Of a stretch of DNA of 32,000 nucleotides, positions 1 through 9,980 are shown one piece after another. Under the pieces are notes generated by a model that made no database searches, was not told the DNA's origin, and saw only the letters and a program-made list of their open reading frames with translations. The stretch lies in assembly GCF_001457615.1 (NCBI RefSeq), contig NZ_LN831024.1, forward strand, positions 2,130,001-2,162,000. Direction: 5' to 3'. The DNA is from Pseudomonas aeruginosa (GTDB lineage Bacteria > Pseudomonadota > Gammaproteobacteria > Pseudomonadales > Pseudomonadaceae). The position numbers and the translations under genes were made by a program. The number at the start of each line of letters is the position of its first letter. Positions within the stretch are counted from its first letter, which is position 1.

Positions 1-195
1 CTCTACGGCATCAGCGTGTTGCCGACGGTCAACGATGGCGGCTGGTACCAGCCGAACGGCCTGCTCCTGCTGCCGCCTTCGGCGTTCTTCCTGATCGGCC
101 TGATCATCTGGGCCCTGCGGACCTGGAAGAAAGACCAGGTCGAGGCCCCGACCTACAAGATGGCCCCGCAGGTATCCAGCAAGGAGGCTTACTGA
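1..195 (+). CDS. nqrD: Na+-translocating NADH:quinone reductase subunit D, C-terminal fragment (5' truncated by window)
   Basis: Open frame 1 reads [64 protein letters not shown]; stop TGA 193-195 overlaps the nqrE ATG; directly upstream of nqrE/nqrF. Confidence 0.9.
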   Translation, partial: LYGISVLPTVNDGGWYQPNGLLLLPPSAFFLIGLIIWALRTWKKDQVEAPTYKMAPQVSSKEAY

Positions 196-803
196 TGGAG
201 CACTACATCAGCCTGTTCGTGAAGGCCGTGTTCGTCGAGAACATGGCGCTGGCGTTCTTCCTCGGCATGTGTACCTTCATCGCCATCTCGAAGAAGGTGG
301 AGACCGCCATCGGCCTGGGTATCGCGGTGATCGTGGTGCAGACCATCACCGTGCCGGCCAACAACCTGATCTACACCTACCTGCTCAAGGACGGCGCGCT
401 GGCCTGGGCCGGGCTGCCCGAGGTGGACCTGAGTTTCCTCGGCCTGCTCAGCTACATCGGGGTGATCGCCGCCATCGTGCAGATCCTCGAGATGCTCCTC
501 GACAAGTACGTACCCAGCCTCTACAACGCGCTGGGCGTGTTCCTGCCGCTGATCACGGTGAACTGCGCGATCATGGCCGGCTCGCTGTTCATGGTCGAGC
601 GCGACTACAACCTTGCCGAGAGCACGGTGTACGGCGTCGGCTCGGGCTTTTCCTGGGCGCTGGCGATCGCCGCGCTGGCGGGTATCCGCGAGAAGCTCAA
701 GTACAGCGACGTCCCCGAGGGCCTGCAGGGCCTGGGGATCACCTTCATCACCATCGGCCTGATGTCGTTGGGCTTCATGTCGTTCTCCGGCGTGCAGTTG
801 TAA
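195..803 (+). CDS. nqrE: Na+-translocating NADH:quinone reductase subunit E
   Basis: 202 aa membrane protein [42 protein letters not shown]..., characteristic NqrE/RnfA family sequence; operon context. Confidence 0.97.
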   Translation: MEHYISLFVKAVFVENMALAFFLGMCTFIAISKKVETAIGLGIAVIVVQTITVPANNLIYTYLLKDGALAWAGLPEVDLSFLGLLSYIGVIAAIVQILEMLLDKYVPSLYNALGVFLPLITVNCAIMAGSLFMVERDYNLAESTVYGVGSGFSWALAIAALAGIREKLKYSDVPEGLQGLGITFITIGLMSLGFMSFSGVQL

Positions 804-813
804 GGAGAGGCCC

Positions 814-2037
814 GTGATCGGATTCGAGATTTTCCTGGCCATCGGCATGTTCACCGCCATCGTCCTGGGCCTGGTGGCGATCATCCTGGTCGCCCGCGCC
901 AAGCTGGTGTCGAGTGGAGACGTGACCATCCAGATCAATGGCGAGCACAGCCTGACCGTGCCGGCCGGCGGCAAGCTGCTGCAAACCCTGGCGGCGAACA
1001 ACGTGTTCCTGTCTTCCGCCTGCGGCGGCGGCGGCACCTGCGCGCAGTGCAAATGCGTGGTGGTCGAGGGCGGCGGCGAGATGCTGCCGACCGAGGAGTC
1101 GCACTTCACCCGGCGCCAGGCGAAGGAAGGCTGGCGCCTGTCGTGCCAGACGCCGGTCAAGCAGGATATGCAGATCCGCGTGCCTGAAGAGGTCTTCGGG
1201 GTGAAGAAATGGGAGTGCACGGTGGAGTCCAACCCCAACGTCGCCACCTTCATCAAGGAACTCACCCTGCGACTGCCGGACGGCGAGAGCGTGGACTTTC
1301 GTGCCGGCGGCTACGTGCAGCTGGAATGCCCGCCGCACGTGGTCGAGTACAAGGACTTCGATATCCAGCCGGAATATCGCGGCGACTGGGACAAGTTCAA
1401 CATGTGGCGCTACGTGTCGAAGGTCGACGAGACGGTGATCCGCGCCTACTCGATGGCCAACTACCCGGAAGAGAAGGGCGTGGTCAAGTTCAACATCCGC
1501 ATCGCCTCGCCGCCGCCGGGCAGCGACCTGCCGCCGGGGCAGATGTCGTCCTGGGTGTTCAACCTCAAGCCGGGCGACAAGGTCACCGTGTACGGGCCGT
1601 TCGGCGAGTTCTTCGCCAAGGACACCGAGGCCGAGATGGTCTTCATCGGCGGCGGCGCCGGCATGGCGCCGATGCGTTCGCACATCTTCGACCAGTTGCG
1701 CCGGCTCAAGTCGAACCGCAAGATCAGCTTCTGGTACGGCGCGCGCTCGCTGCGCGAGGCCTTCTATACCGAGGAGTACGACCAGCTGCAGGCGGAGAAT
1801 CCCAACTTCCAGTGGCACCTGGCGCTGTCCGACCCGCAGCCGGAGGACAACTGGACCGGCCTGACCGGTTTCATCCACAACGTGCTGTTCGAGAACTACC
1901 TGAAGGACCACCCGGCGCCCGAGGACTGCGAGTTCTACATGTGCGGCCCGCCGATGATGAATGCCGCGGTGATCAAGATGCTCACCGACCTGGGCGTGGA
2001 GCGCGAGAATATCCTGCTGGACGATTTCGGTGGCTGA
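814..2037 (+). CDS. nqrF: Na+-translocating NADH:quinone reductase subunit F (2Fe-2S/FAD)
   Basis: 407 aa from GTG start; 2Fe-2S ferredoxin cysteines [17 protein letters not shown]-binding [14 protein letters not shown]-binding [12 protein letters not shown] and C-terminal [10 protein letters not shown]; AAGGAG upstream. Confidence 0.97.
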   Translation: MIGFEIFLAIGMFTAIVLGLVAIILVARAKLVSSGDVTIQINGEHSLTVPAGGKLLQTLAANNVFLSSACGGGGTCAQCKCVVVEGGGEMLPTEESHFTRRQAKEGWRLSCQTPVKQDMQIRVPEEVFGVKKWECTVESNPNVATFIKELTLRLPDGESVDFRAGGYVQLECPPHVVEYKDFDIQPEYRGDWDKFNMWRYVSKVDETVIRAYSMANYPEEKGVVKFNIRIASPPPGSDLPPGQMSSWVFNLKPGDKVTVYGPFGEFFAKDTEAEMVFIGGGAGMAPMRSHIFDQLRRLKSNRKISFWYGARSLREAFYTEEYDQLQAENPNFQWHLALSDPQPEDNWTGLTGFIHNVLFENYLKDHPAPEDCEFYMCGPPMMNAAVIKMLTDLGVERENILLDDFGG

Positions 2038-3058
2038 GCGTTTCCGTCCGCTTGCCATGGCCGGACTGGCAGCGCTGGCGCTGGTCCTGGCCGGTTGCGG
2101 CGACACCCTGGAAAGCTTCGGCGGCCCGACCATGGGCAGCACCTATTCGATCAAGTACGTACGCGGCGCCTCGGCGCCCGACGTCCAGACGGCGAAAGCC
2201 GCGGTGGAGGCGATCCTCGCCGAGGTCGACCGGCAGATGTCCACCTACCGCGACGATTCCCTGGTCTCGCGTTTCAATGCGCTGCCGGCGCAGTCCTGCA
2301 TGGAGCTGCCGCCACCGATGCTGGAGTTGCTGCGCTACGGCGGCGAGTTGTCGGAGCAGAGCCAGGGCGCCTTCGACATGACCGTCGAGCCGCTGATGAA
2401 CCTCTGGGGCTTCGGTCCGCAGGCGCGGGTAGAGAAGGTTCCCAGCGCCGAGCAGATCGCCGCGGTGCGCCGTGACGTCGGCCATCGACACCTGCGCATC
2501 GACGGCCAGCGCCTGTGCAAGGACGCCGCCGTACAATTGGACTTCGACAGCATCGCCGCTGGCTATACGGTGGACGCGGTAGGCGAACGCCTGAAGGAGC
2601 TCGGCGTGCGCAGCTACCTGGCGGAAATCACCGGCGAGTTGAAAGCCGAAGGGCGCAAGCCGGACGGCACGCCCTGGCGCATCGCTATCGAAGCGCCGCG
2701 CGAGGGCCAGCGGGTCGCCCAGCAGGTACTGGCGCTGGACGGCTACGGCGTCTCGACCTCGGGCGATTACCGCAACTATTTCGAAGAGAACGGCCAGCGC
2801 TATTCGCACACCTTCGACCCGCGCACCGGCGCGCCGATCGACCATCACCTGGCTTCGGTCACGGTGATCGATCCGTCGACGCGCAACGCCGACGGCCTGT
2901 CGACCCTGCTGATGGCGCTCGGTCCGGAGGAGGGCTACCGTTTCGCCGAGAAGCACCGACTGGCGGCGCTGTTCGTCAGTCGCCAGGGCAACGGTTTCGA
3001 CAGCCGCACCACGCCACGCTACGAGCAACTGTTCGGCAACCAAGGAGAACGTCCATGA
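2030..3058 (+). CDS. apbE: FAD:protein FMN transferase (ApbE family lipoprotein)
   Basis: 342 aa, lipobox LAGC, ApbE motifs [54 protein letters not shown]; follows nqrF with 8-nt overlap. Confidence 0.93.
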   Translation: MAERFRPLAMAGLAALALVLAGCGDTLESFGGPTMGSTYSIKYVRGASAPDVQTAKAAVEAILAEVDRQMSTYRDDSLVSRFNALPAQSCMELPPPMLELLRYGGELSEQSQGAFDMTVEPLMNLWGFGPQARVEKVPSAEQIAAVRRDVGHRHLRIDGQRLCKDAAVQLDFDSIAAGYTVDAVGERLKELGVRSYLAEITGELKAEGRKPDGTPWRIAIEAPREGQRVAQQVLALDGYGVSTSGDYRNYFEENGQRYSHTFDPRTGAPIDHHLASVTVIDPSTRNADGLSTLLMALGPEEGYRFAEKHRLAALFVSRQGNGFDSRTTPRYEQLFGNQGERP

Positions 3059-3282
3059 CCTGGCTACTGGTCTTCGTCATCATGCTGCTGGTGGTCTTCG
3101 GCATGTCCATCGGCGTCATCATGGGCCGCAAGCCAATCGCCGGTTCCTGCGGCGGCATCGCCAACCTGGGGATCGAGAAGGAATGCTCGATCTGCGGCGG
3201 CGACCGGCAGAAATGCGAGGAAGCCAACCGCGACGAATCTGTAGTGCCCGGAAAACTCGCCTACGACGCGACCAAACGCTAA
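3055..3282 (+). CDS. nqrM: Na+-NQR maturation protein NqrM (DUF539)
   Basis: 75 aa, one N-terminal TM helix followed by a Cys cluster (SCGGI...CSICGGDRQKCEE); ATG overlaps the apbE stop (ATGA). Confidence 0.9.
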   Translation: MTWLLVFVIMLLVVFGMSIGVIMGRKPIAGSCGGIANLGIEKECSICGGDRQKCEEANRDESVVPGKLAYDATKR

Positions 3283-3300
3283 TGTGCGACATTTCGCACA
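3283..3300. repeat. Perfect inverted repeat TGTGCGA-CATT-TCGCACA
   Basis: 7-bp arms, 4-nt spacer, beginning at the base after the nqrM stop codon; no T tract follows. Confidence 0.6.
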
Positions 3301-3460
3301 GGGCGTAACATATGCCCGCCTCGAGGTCGGACCGAGCCTTGCCCGGCGAATGCCGCCGTTCGCACCGACCCGATGATCGAATCGATCCGCCGCGCACATG
3401 TTGTGCAGCGGCTTTGCCGGAGGCGCCAGTGGGCGCCTCGGCCTGTTCTGAGGAGTACGC

Positions 3461-4855
3461 ATGGCTGTCTACAACTACGACGTGGTGATTTTGGGCACGG
3501 GTCCGGCGGGCGAAGGGGCGGCGATGAACGCCTCCAAGTACGGACGCAAGCTGGCGGTAGTCGACAGCCGTCGCGTGGTCGGAGGCAACTGCACGCACCT
3601 CGGCACCATTCCTTCCAAGGCCCTGCGCCACTCGGTGAAGCAGATCATCGAGTTCAACACCAACCCGATGTTCCGCCAGATCGGCGAGCCGCGCTGGTTC
3701 TCCTTCCCCGACGTGCTGAAGAGCGCCGACCGGGTGATCTCCAAGCAGGTCGCCTCGCGTACCGGCTACTACGCGCGCAATCGCATCGACATGTTCACCG
3801 GCACCGCCAGCTTCGTCGACGAACGCACCGTCGAAGTGGTGACGCCGAGCGGCGCGGTGGAGCGCCTGGTCGCCGACCAGTTCGTGATCGCCACCGGCTC
3901 GCGCCCGTATCGTCCTTCGGACATCAATTTCAACCACCCGCGGGTCTACGACAGCGACACCATCCTGTCCCTGAGCCACACCCCGCGCCGGCTGATCATC
4001 TACGGAGCCGGGGTGATCGGCTGCGAATACGCGTCGATCTTCAGCGGCCTGGGCGTGCTGGTGGACCTGATCGATACGCGCGACCAGTTGCTCAGCTTCC
4101 TCGATGACGAGATTTCCGATGCGCTGAGCTACCACCTGCGCAACAACAACGTGCTGATCCGCCACAACGAGGAGTACGAGCGCGTCGAGGGGCTGGACAA
4201 CGGTGTCATCCTGCACCTGAAGTCGGGCAAGAAGATCAAGGCGGACGCGCTGCTCTGGTGCAACGGCCGGACCGGCAACACCGACAAGCTCGGCCTGGAG
4301 AACGTCGGCATCAAGGTCAACAGCCGTGGCCAGATCGAGGTGGACGAGAACTACCGCACTTCGGTGAGCAACATCTTCGCCGCTGGCGACGTGATCGGCT
4401 GGCCGAGCCTGGCCAGCGCTGCCTACGACCAGGGCCGCTCGGCCGCCGGCAACATCGTCGAGAGCGACAGCTGGCGCTTCGTCAACGATGTGCCGACCGG
4501 CATCTACACCATTCCGGAGATCAGCTCGATCGGCAAGAACGAAAGCGAACTGACCGCGGCGAAGATTCCCTACGAAGTGGGCAAGGCGTTCTTCAAGGGC
4601 ATGGCCCGGGCGCAGATTTCCAACGAGCCGGTGGGCATGCTGAAGATCCTGTTCCATCGCGAGACCCTGGAGATCCTCGGCGTGCACTGCTTCGGCGACC
4701 AGGCTTCGGAAATCGTCCACATCGGCCAGGCGATCATGAACCAGCCGGGCGAGCTGAATACCCTGAAGTACTTCGTCAACACCACCTTCAACTACCCGAC
4801 CATGGCGGAAGCCTATCGGGTAGCGGCGTTCGACGGCCTCAACCGGCTTTTTTGA
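3461..4855 (+). CDS. sth: Soluble pyridine nucleotide (NAD(P)+) transhydrogenase
   Basis: 464 aa flavoprotein; [92 protein letters not shown]; upstream GAGGAG. Confidence 0.96.
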
Positions 4856-4859
4856 AGGA

Positions 4860-4888
4860 CTCCGGCCGGCGGCCTGAGCCGGCCGGAG
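4860..4888. terminator. GC-rich hairpin between convergent sth and glpQ-like gene (possible terminator)
   Basis: CTCCGGCCGGC-ggcctga-GCCGGCCGGAG, 11-bp perfect arms; no T tract on either side, so intrinsic termination is uncertain. Confidence 0.45.
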
Positions 4889-4897
4889 GGGATGTGC

Positions 4898-5620
4898 TCA
4901 GCGATTCCCGAGGGTGGCGCTGGCCAAACCGGGAAAGTCTGTGATCAGGCTGTCCACGCCGAAGTCGGCGAGCCGGCGCATCAGCGCCGGTTCGTTGACC
5001 GTCCACACCGAGACGTGAAGCCCCTGGCGCTGGGCCTTGAGCAGGCGTTCCGGGGTGCATAGGGTCCAGTTCAGGGCGAGCAGGGCACAGCCATAGTGCT
5101 GGGCGACCTTCAGCGGGTCGAGCCAGGCGTATTCGGCGACCAGCCCGCGCGACAGCTCTGGGGTCAGTTCGTTGAGGGCCTTGAGCACGGTCCGCGAACC
5201 GCTGGTGACGGTGACCTTGTCGCGGTTGCCGAAGCGCTCGGTCAGCTCCCTGATCCGCGTTACCGTCCGCGCCGCGCGTTCGCGCGAGGCGCTCTTCACT
5301 TCCAGCTGCCAGTGCTCGAACGGGCACTTCTCGAACAGCTCCTCCAGCCGCGGGATCGGCGTCGGCCGTACCCAGCCGGGGCCGCCCTTGCGCGCGTCGT
5401 AGGTGGCCAGGGTGGCCGCGTCGTGTTCGGCGACCTTGCCGCGGCGGCCGGTGGTGCGCTTCAGGGTCGGGTCGTGGATCACCATCAGTTCGCCGTCGCG
5501 GGACAGGTGCAGGTCCAGTTCGCAACGGTTGACGCCATGCTCCAGGCAGCGCTGGAAGCTGGCCAGGGTGTTTTCCGGCGCTTCGCCCTTGGCGCCGCGA
5601 TGTCCATAGATGAGAGTCAC
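4898..5620 (-). CDS. Glycerophosphodiester phosphodiesterase family protein
   Basis: 240 aa from GTG start (5620-5618) with AAGGAG upstream; MTLIYGHRGAKGEAPENTLASFQRCLEHGVNRCELDLHLSRDGELMVIHDPTLKRTTG... typical GDPD catalytic motifs. The 335-aa ORF in the track extends too far upstream. Confidence 0.92.
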   Translation of the reverse strand: MTLIYGHRGAKGEAPENTLASFQRCLEHGVNRCELDLHLSRDGELMVIHDPTLKRTTGRRGKVAEHDAATLATYDARKGGPGWVRPTPIPRLEELFEKCPFEHWQLEVKSASRERAARTVTRIRELTERFGNRDKVTVTSGSRTVLKALNELTPELSRGLVAEYAWLDPLKVAQHYGCALLALNWTLCTPERLLKAQRQGLHVSVWTVNEPALMRRLADFGVDSLITDFPGLASATLGNR

Positions 5621-5931
5621 TGTGGCTCCTTGTTCGAGGGTTGCGCGGGATTCCGCGGCCGATGATGGCGAACGCTGTCGAGCACCCGGCCGCTTTCGAA
5701 ATATACCGAGAAGTCGCGGTAATCCCAGCGCACGATGGGCGGCTGGCCGACCGCGGGATGTTCCTCGTCGGTCAGGCCGAAGCGTTGCAGCACGGCTTCG
5801 CGGCTTTCGCCGTGCGCGGGCAGGGCGACCCGGGTATCGCCCTGGGCGCCCAGCGGAATGCTCAGGGTGTCGGCGAACAGCGGCGGGGCGAGGAGGAGGG
5901 AGCACAGCAGTAGCGAACGGAGCATCGGCAC
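5617..5931 (-). CDS. Small predicted exported protein of unknown function
   Basis: 104 aa with signal-peptide-like N-terminus MPMLRSLLLCSLLLAPPLFADT; stop overlaps the GDPD GTG start (GTGA), suggesting translational coupling. Confidence 0.7.
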   Translation of the reverse strand: MPMLRSLLLCSLLLAPPLFADTLSIPLGAQGDTRVALPAHGESREAVLQRFGLTDEEHPAVGQPPIVRWDYRDFSVYFESGRVLDSVRHHRPRNPAQPSNKEPQ

Positions 5932-5951
5932 ATCTCAGGTCGAAGAAGGTT

Positions 5952-6550
5952 TCAGGTCGAAGAAGGTTGGCCCGGCTCGCCGAGCGGGCCCTGTCCGGCC
6001 CGTGCCAGGCGGCGCTGCTGGGCCTGCTTCTGGAGGATATGCCGGGCCAGCAACTGGCGCTGTGCGTCGCTCAACGCTTCGAACTCGGTGCCGATCTCGA
6101 ATTCGTCGTCGTGTGGCTGGGCGTGGATTACCCGGGCCCGCAGTTCGAGGCCGAACCCCTGCGGCAACAGGACCATGCGCAGGACGAGCAACTGGCCGAC
6201 CGGCAATGCGCGGTCGTGGCGGAAGCTGACTCCCCCCTCGGACAGGCTGACCTTGCGCGGTTCGCCGATCTCCTTGAGCAGGCTCTGCACCATGACCTGG
6301 CCAAGCAGGTCGATGCGCTTGTTCATCACCTTCAGGTAGTTGGCCAGCGTGCGGTCGCGTTCGCTGATGTGGCGCAGCAGGTGCTGCGACTCGTAATCCA
6401 TCAGGTGGAGGTCGCTGAGCAGGCTGAACAGGGTGGCCCCGGCTCGCTCTCCAGGCTGTCTTCGACGGCCCCGGCAGGGCGAAATTCCAGTGCGAGGGTA
6501 TCTTCGATACGGTAGTATTCGCGGCGGTCATCCGCGTCACGAGTGGACAT
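5952..6550 (-). pseudogene. PilZ-domain protein gene, apparently split by a frameshift near the C4 run at 6437-6440
   Basis: Frame 1 from ATG at 6550: MSTRDADDRREYYRIEDTLALEFRPAGAVEDSLESEPG... runs out of frame and stops at 6403-6401. A second frame reads ...TLFSLLSDLHLMDYESQHLLRH...RKVSLSEGGVSFRHDRALPVGQLLVLRMVLLPQG..., i.e. the PilZ C-terminal half. N-terminal RREYYR and downstream SLSEGG resemble the two PilZ motifs. Confidence 0.65.
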
Positions 6551-6652
6551 GGCGAACCCACGGCGGCAGTGATGGTCAGAGTGTAAGGCCGCCGGCGATG
6601 CCTCGCCACTTCGCCATCCCGACGCATCCATTTTCTGCCAGCTAAGGGCGAC

Positions 6653-7903
6653 ATGTTCAGACCCCTGTCCGTTTTCATCGGCACGCGCTATACGCGGGCC
6701 AAACGTCGCAGCCATTTCGTCTCCTTCATTTCGCTGACCTCGATGATCGGCCTGGCACTGGGCGTGCTGGTGATGATCGTGGTGCTCTCGGTGATGAACG
6801 GCTTCGATCGCGAAATGCGTACCCGCATCCTCGGCATGGTGCCGCAGGCCACCGTCGAGTCGTACCAGCCCATCGATGACTGGCGCGCCCTGGCCGAGAA
6901 GGTCAAGGCCCACGAGCATGTCACCGCGGTAGCGCCGTTCACCCAGATGCAGGGCATGCTCAGCGCCAATGGCGCGGTGCAGACGGTGATGGTCGATGCG
7001 GTCGATCCGCTGGAAGAGGCCAAGGTCTCGATCATTCCCGATTTCTTCAAGCAGGGCTCGCTGGCGGAACTCAAGGCCGGCGGCTTCGGCATCGTCATCG
7101 GCCAACTGGCGGCGCAGAAGCTCGGCGTCGGCATCGGCGACAAGGTCACCCTGATCCTCCCCGAGGTGGCGGTCACCCCGGCCGGGGTATTCCCGCGGAT
7201 GAAGCGTTTCACCGTGGTCGGCACCTTCCGCGTCGGCGCCGGCGAACTGGATGGCGGCCTGTCGCTGATCCACCTGGAAGACGCCGCGCGCCTGCAGCGC
7301 TGGAAGACCAACCAGGTACAGGGGCTGCGCCTGAAGCTCGACGACCTGTTCCAGGCGCCGCGGGTGGCCTGGGAGATCGCCCGGACCCTGACCGACAATG
7401 ACTTCTACGCCCGCGACTGGACGCGCAGCCACGGCAACCTGTACCAGGCCATCCGCATGGAAAAGACCATGATCGGCCTGTTGCTGCTGCTGATCGTCGC
7501 GGTCGCCGCGTTCAACATCATTTCCACCCTGGTGATGGTGGTCACCGACAAGAAGTCGGACATCGCCATCCTTCGTACCCTCGGCGCCACGCCGGGGCAG
7601 ATCATGGCTACCTTCATGGTCCAGGGCACGGTGATCGGGGTGATCGGCACGCTGGTCGGCGGGGTCCTCGGGGTGGTCGCGGCGCTCAACGTCAGCGCCT
7701 GGATTTCCGCCCTGGAAAAGCTGCTGGGCCACCAGTTCCTCGCGTCCGACGTGTACTTCATCGATTACCTGCCGTCGCAACTGATGCTCGACGATGTCGT
7801 GCTGGTCTGCGGCGCGGCCCTGGTCCTCAGCTTCTTCGCCACTTTGTATCCAGCCTGGCGTGCGGCGCGCACCCAGCCTGCGGAGGCTTTGCGTTATGAA
7901 TGA
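6653..7903 (+). CDS. lolC: Lipoprotein-releasing ABC transporter permease LolC
   Basis: 416 aa; [62 protein letters not shown]..., FtsX-like permease; adjacent to lolD. Confidence 0.94.
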   Translation: MFRPLSVFIGTRYTRAKRRSHFVSFISLTSMIGLALGVLVMIVVLSVMNGFDREMRTRILGMVPQATVESYQPIDDWRALAEKVKAHEHVTAVAPFTQMQGMLSANGAVQTVMVDAVDPLEEAKVSIIPDFFKQGSLAELKAGGFGIVIGQLAAQKLGVGIGDKVTLILPEVAVTPAGVFPRMKRFTVVGTFRVGAGELDGGLSLIHLEDAARLQRWKTNQVQGLRLKLDDLFQAPRVAWEIARTLTDNDFYARDWTRSHGNLYQAIRMEKTMIGLLLLLIVAVAAFNIISTLVMVVTDKKSDIAILRTLGATPGQIMATFMVQGTVIGVIGTLVGGVLGVVAALNVSAWISALEKLLGHQFLASDVYFIDYLPSQLMLDDVVLVCGAALVLSFFATLYPAWRAARTQPAEALRYE

Positions 7904-8579
7904 CAAGTCGGTGCTGAGTTGCCGCAACCTGAGCAAGAGCTACGACGAGGGGCCGCAATCGGTGCAGGTGCTGTCCGGCGTCGAGTTGAACCTGCTGCCT
8001 GGGGAGCGGGTGGCTATCGTCGGCAGCTCCGGTTCGGGCAAGAGCACCTTGCTGAACATGCTCGGCGGCCTGGACACGCCCTCCGCCGGCAGCGTCTGGC
8101 TCGCCGGCGAGGAACTCTCGGCGCTGAACGAGACGGCCCGCGGGCTGCTGCGCAACCGCGCGCTGGGCTTCGTCTACCAGTTCCACCACCTGTTGCCGGA
8201 GTTCACCGCCCTGGAGAACGTCTGCATGCCGCTGTTGATCGGCCGCACGCCGATCGCGGAAGCCCGCCAGCGGGCGGCCGAGCTGCTGGAGCGGGTCGGG
8301 CTGGGTCATCGCCTGTCGCACAAGCCGGCCGAGCTGTCCGGCGGCGAGCGCCAGCGGGTGGCGATCGCCCGCGCGCTGGTCAACCGTCCGCAGCTGGTAC
8401 TGCTCGACGAGCCCACCGGCAACCTTGACCAGCATACCGCCCAGGGTATCCAGGAGCTGATGCTGGAACTGAGCCGTTCGTTGCAGACCTCGTTCCTGGT
8501 GGTAACCCACGATCTCCAGCTGGCCGGGCACATGGATCGCATCCTGCGCCTGGAAGAAGGCCGACTGATCGCCGCGTAG
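7896..8579 (+). CDS. lolD: Lipoprotein-releasing ABC transporter ATP-binding protein LolD
   Basis: 227 aa from ATG 7896; Walker [12 protein letters not shown], signature [15 protein letters not shown], Walker [13 protein letters not shown]; overlaps the lolC 3' end. Confidence 0.96.
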   Translation: MNDKSVLSCRNLSKSYDEGPQSVQVLSGVELNLLPGERVAIVGSSGSGKSTLLNMLGGLDTPSAGSVWLAGEELSALNETARGLLRNRALGFVYQFHHLLPEFTALENVCMPLLIGRTPIAEARQRAAELLERVGLGHRLSHKPAELSGGERQRVAIARALVNRPQLVLLDEPTGNLDQHTAQGIQELMLELSRSLQTSFLVVTHDLQLAGHMDRILRLEEGRLIAA

Positions 8580-8648
8580 CGGGGCGACGGCGTGCCCGCC
8601 GTCCGCTCCCGTCCGGCGAATCCCCCATCGACTCGGTGCATCCGCGAC

Positions 8649-9893
8649 ATGTTCAGACCGTTACCGTTCTTCATAGGCCTGCGCTACACCCGCGCCAAAC
8701 GCCGCAACCACTACATCTCGTTCATCTCGCTGACCTCGATGATCGGCCTGGCGCTGGGCGTGCTGGCGATGATCATCGTGCTCTCGGTGATGAACGGCTT
8801 CCAGAAGGAAATGCGCACGCGGATCCTCGGCATGGTGCCGCATGCCACCATCAGCGCGGCGCAGCCGCTGGACGACTGGCAGACCGTCGCCAACGCGGCG
8901 CTTCGGCACCGCGAGGTGGTCGGCGCGGCGCCGTTCGCCGAACTGCAGGGCATGCTGTCGTACAAGGGCAACATGCTGCCGGTGCTGGTCAACGGCATCG
9001 ACCCGCAGGAGGAGCGCAAGGTTTCCATCATCGGCGAGCACATCGTCCAGGGCAGCCTGGACGACCTCAAGCCTGGCGAGTTCGGCATCGTCCTCGGCGA
9101 GATCACCGCGCGGCGCTTCCATGTCAATGTCGGCGACAAGCTGACCCTGATCGTCCCGGAAGCCACCAGTGCGCCGGGCGGCATCACTCCGCGCATGCAG
9201 CGCTTCACCATCGTCGCCCTGTTCAAGGTCGGCGCCGAACTGGACAACTCGCTGGCGCTGATCGACATCGCCGATGCCGGCCAGTTGCTGCGCCTGCAAC
9301 CGGGCCAGGTGCCGAGCGTGCGCCTGGAGCTGAAGGATCTCTACCAGTCGCCGCAGGTCGCCGCCAAGGTGGTCAAGGAGTTGGGGCAGGGCTTCAGGTC
9401 CAGCGACTGGACCAGGACCCAGGGCAGCCTGTTCAACGCGATGAAGATGGAAAAGACCATGATCGGCCTGCTCCTGCTGCTGATCATCGCGGTCGCCGCC
9501 TTCAACATCATCGCCACCCTGATCATGGTGGTCGCCGACAAGCGCACCGACATCGCGATTCTTCGTACCCTCGGCGCCACGCCGCGGCAGATCATGGCGA
9601 TCTTCATGGTCCAGGGCACCGTCATCGGCGTGATCGGGACGGTCATCGGCGGGGTACTCGGGGTGTTCGCGGCGTTGAACATCACCGGGATGATCGACCG
9701 CATCGAACGGTTGGTCGGACACAAGGTCTTCAGCTCGGATGTGTACTTCATCAACTACCTGCCTTCCGATCTGCAGGTGCTGGACGTGGTGCTGATCTGC
9801 AGCGCTGCATTGCTGATGAGCTTCCTCGCCACCCTGTACCCATCCTGGCGCGCGGCGCGGACACAACCGGCCGAGTCGCTGCGCTACGAGTGA
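8649..9893 (+). CDS. lolE: Lipoprotein-releasing ABC transporter permease LolE (LolC paralog)
   Basis: 414 aa from ATG 8649; [62 protein letters not shown]..., strongly similar to the LolC frame. Confidence 0.93.
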   Translation: MFRPLPFFIGLRYTRAKRRNHYISFISLTSMIGLALGVLAMIIVLSVMNGFQKEMRTRILGMVPHATISAAQPLDDWQTVANAALRHREVVGAAPFAELQGMLSYKGNMLPVLVNGIDPQEERKVSIIGEHIVQGSLDDLKPGEFGIVLGEITARRFHVNVGDKLTLIVPEATSAPGGITPRMQRFTIVALFKVGAELDNSLALIDIADAGQLLRLQPGQVPSVRLELKDLYQSPQVAAKVVKELGQGFRSSDWTRTQGSLFNAMKMEKTMIGLLLLLIIAVAAFNIIATLIMVVADKRTDIAILRTLGATPRQIMAIFMVQGTVIGVIGTVIGGVLGVFAALNITGMIDRIERLVGHKVFSSDVYFINYLPSDLQVLDVVLICSAALLMSFLATLYPSWRAARTQPAESLRYE

Positions 9894-9939
9894 GCGAGAA
9901 GGCCTGCGCCAGTCCCAGCACGGGGCGGACAAGGCCCAC

Positions 9940-9968
9940 GAAAAAGCCGCCTTCGAGGCGGCTTTTTC
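9940..9968. terminator. Bidirectional intrinsic terminator between convergent lolE and the DUF2062 gene
   Basis: GAAAAAGCCGCC-ttcga-GGCGGCTTTTTC perfect 12-bp arms, A tract 5' and T tract 3'. Confidence 0.9.
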
Positions 9969-9980
9969 ATGTCCGGCGGA

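Noticed and set aside
189-3043. Large overlapping/antisense ORFs over the nqr genes (189..1265, 775..2142, 1209..2381, 1982..3043)
   Set aside because: They overlap well-supported NqrE/NqrF/ApbE frames; sequences are typical of GC-rich shadow ORFs (R/A/G/H-rich).
4898-5905. 335-aa form of the GDPD ORF
   Set aside because: The extra N-terminal 95 residues overlap the small exported protein and are compositionally unlike a protein; GTG 5620 with AAGGAG is the better start.
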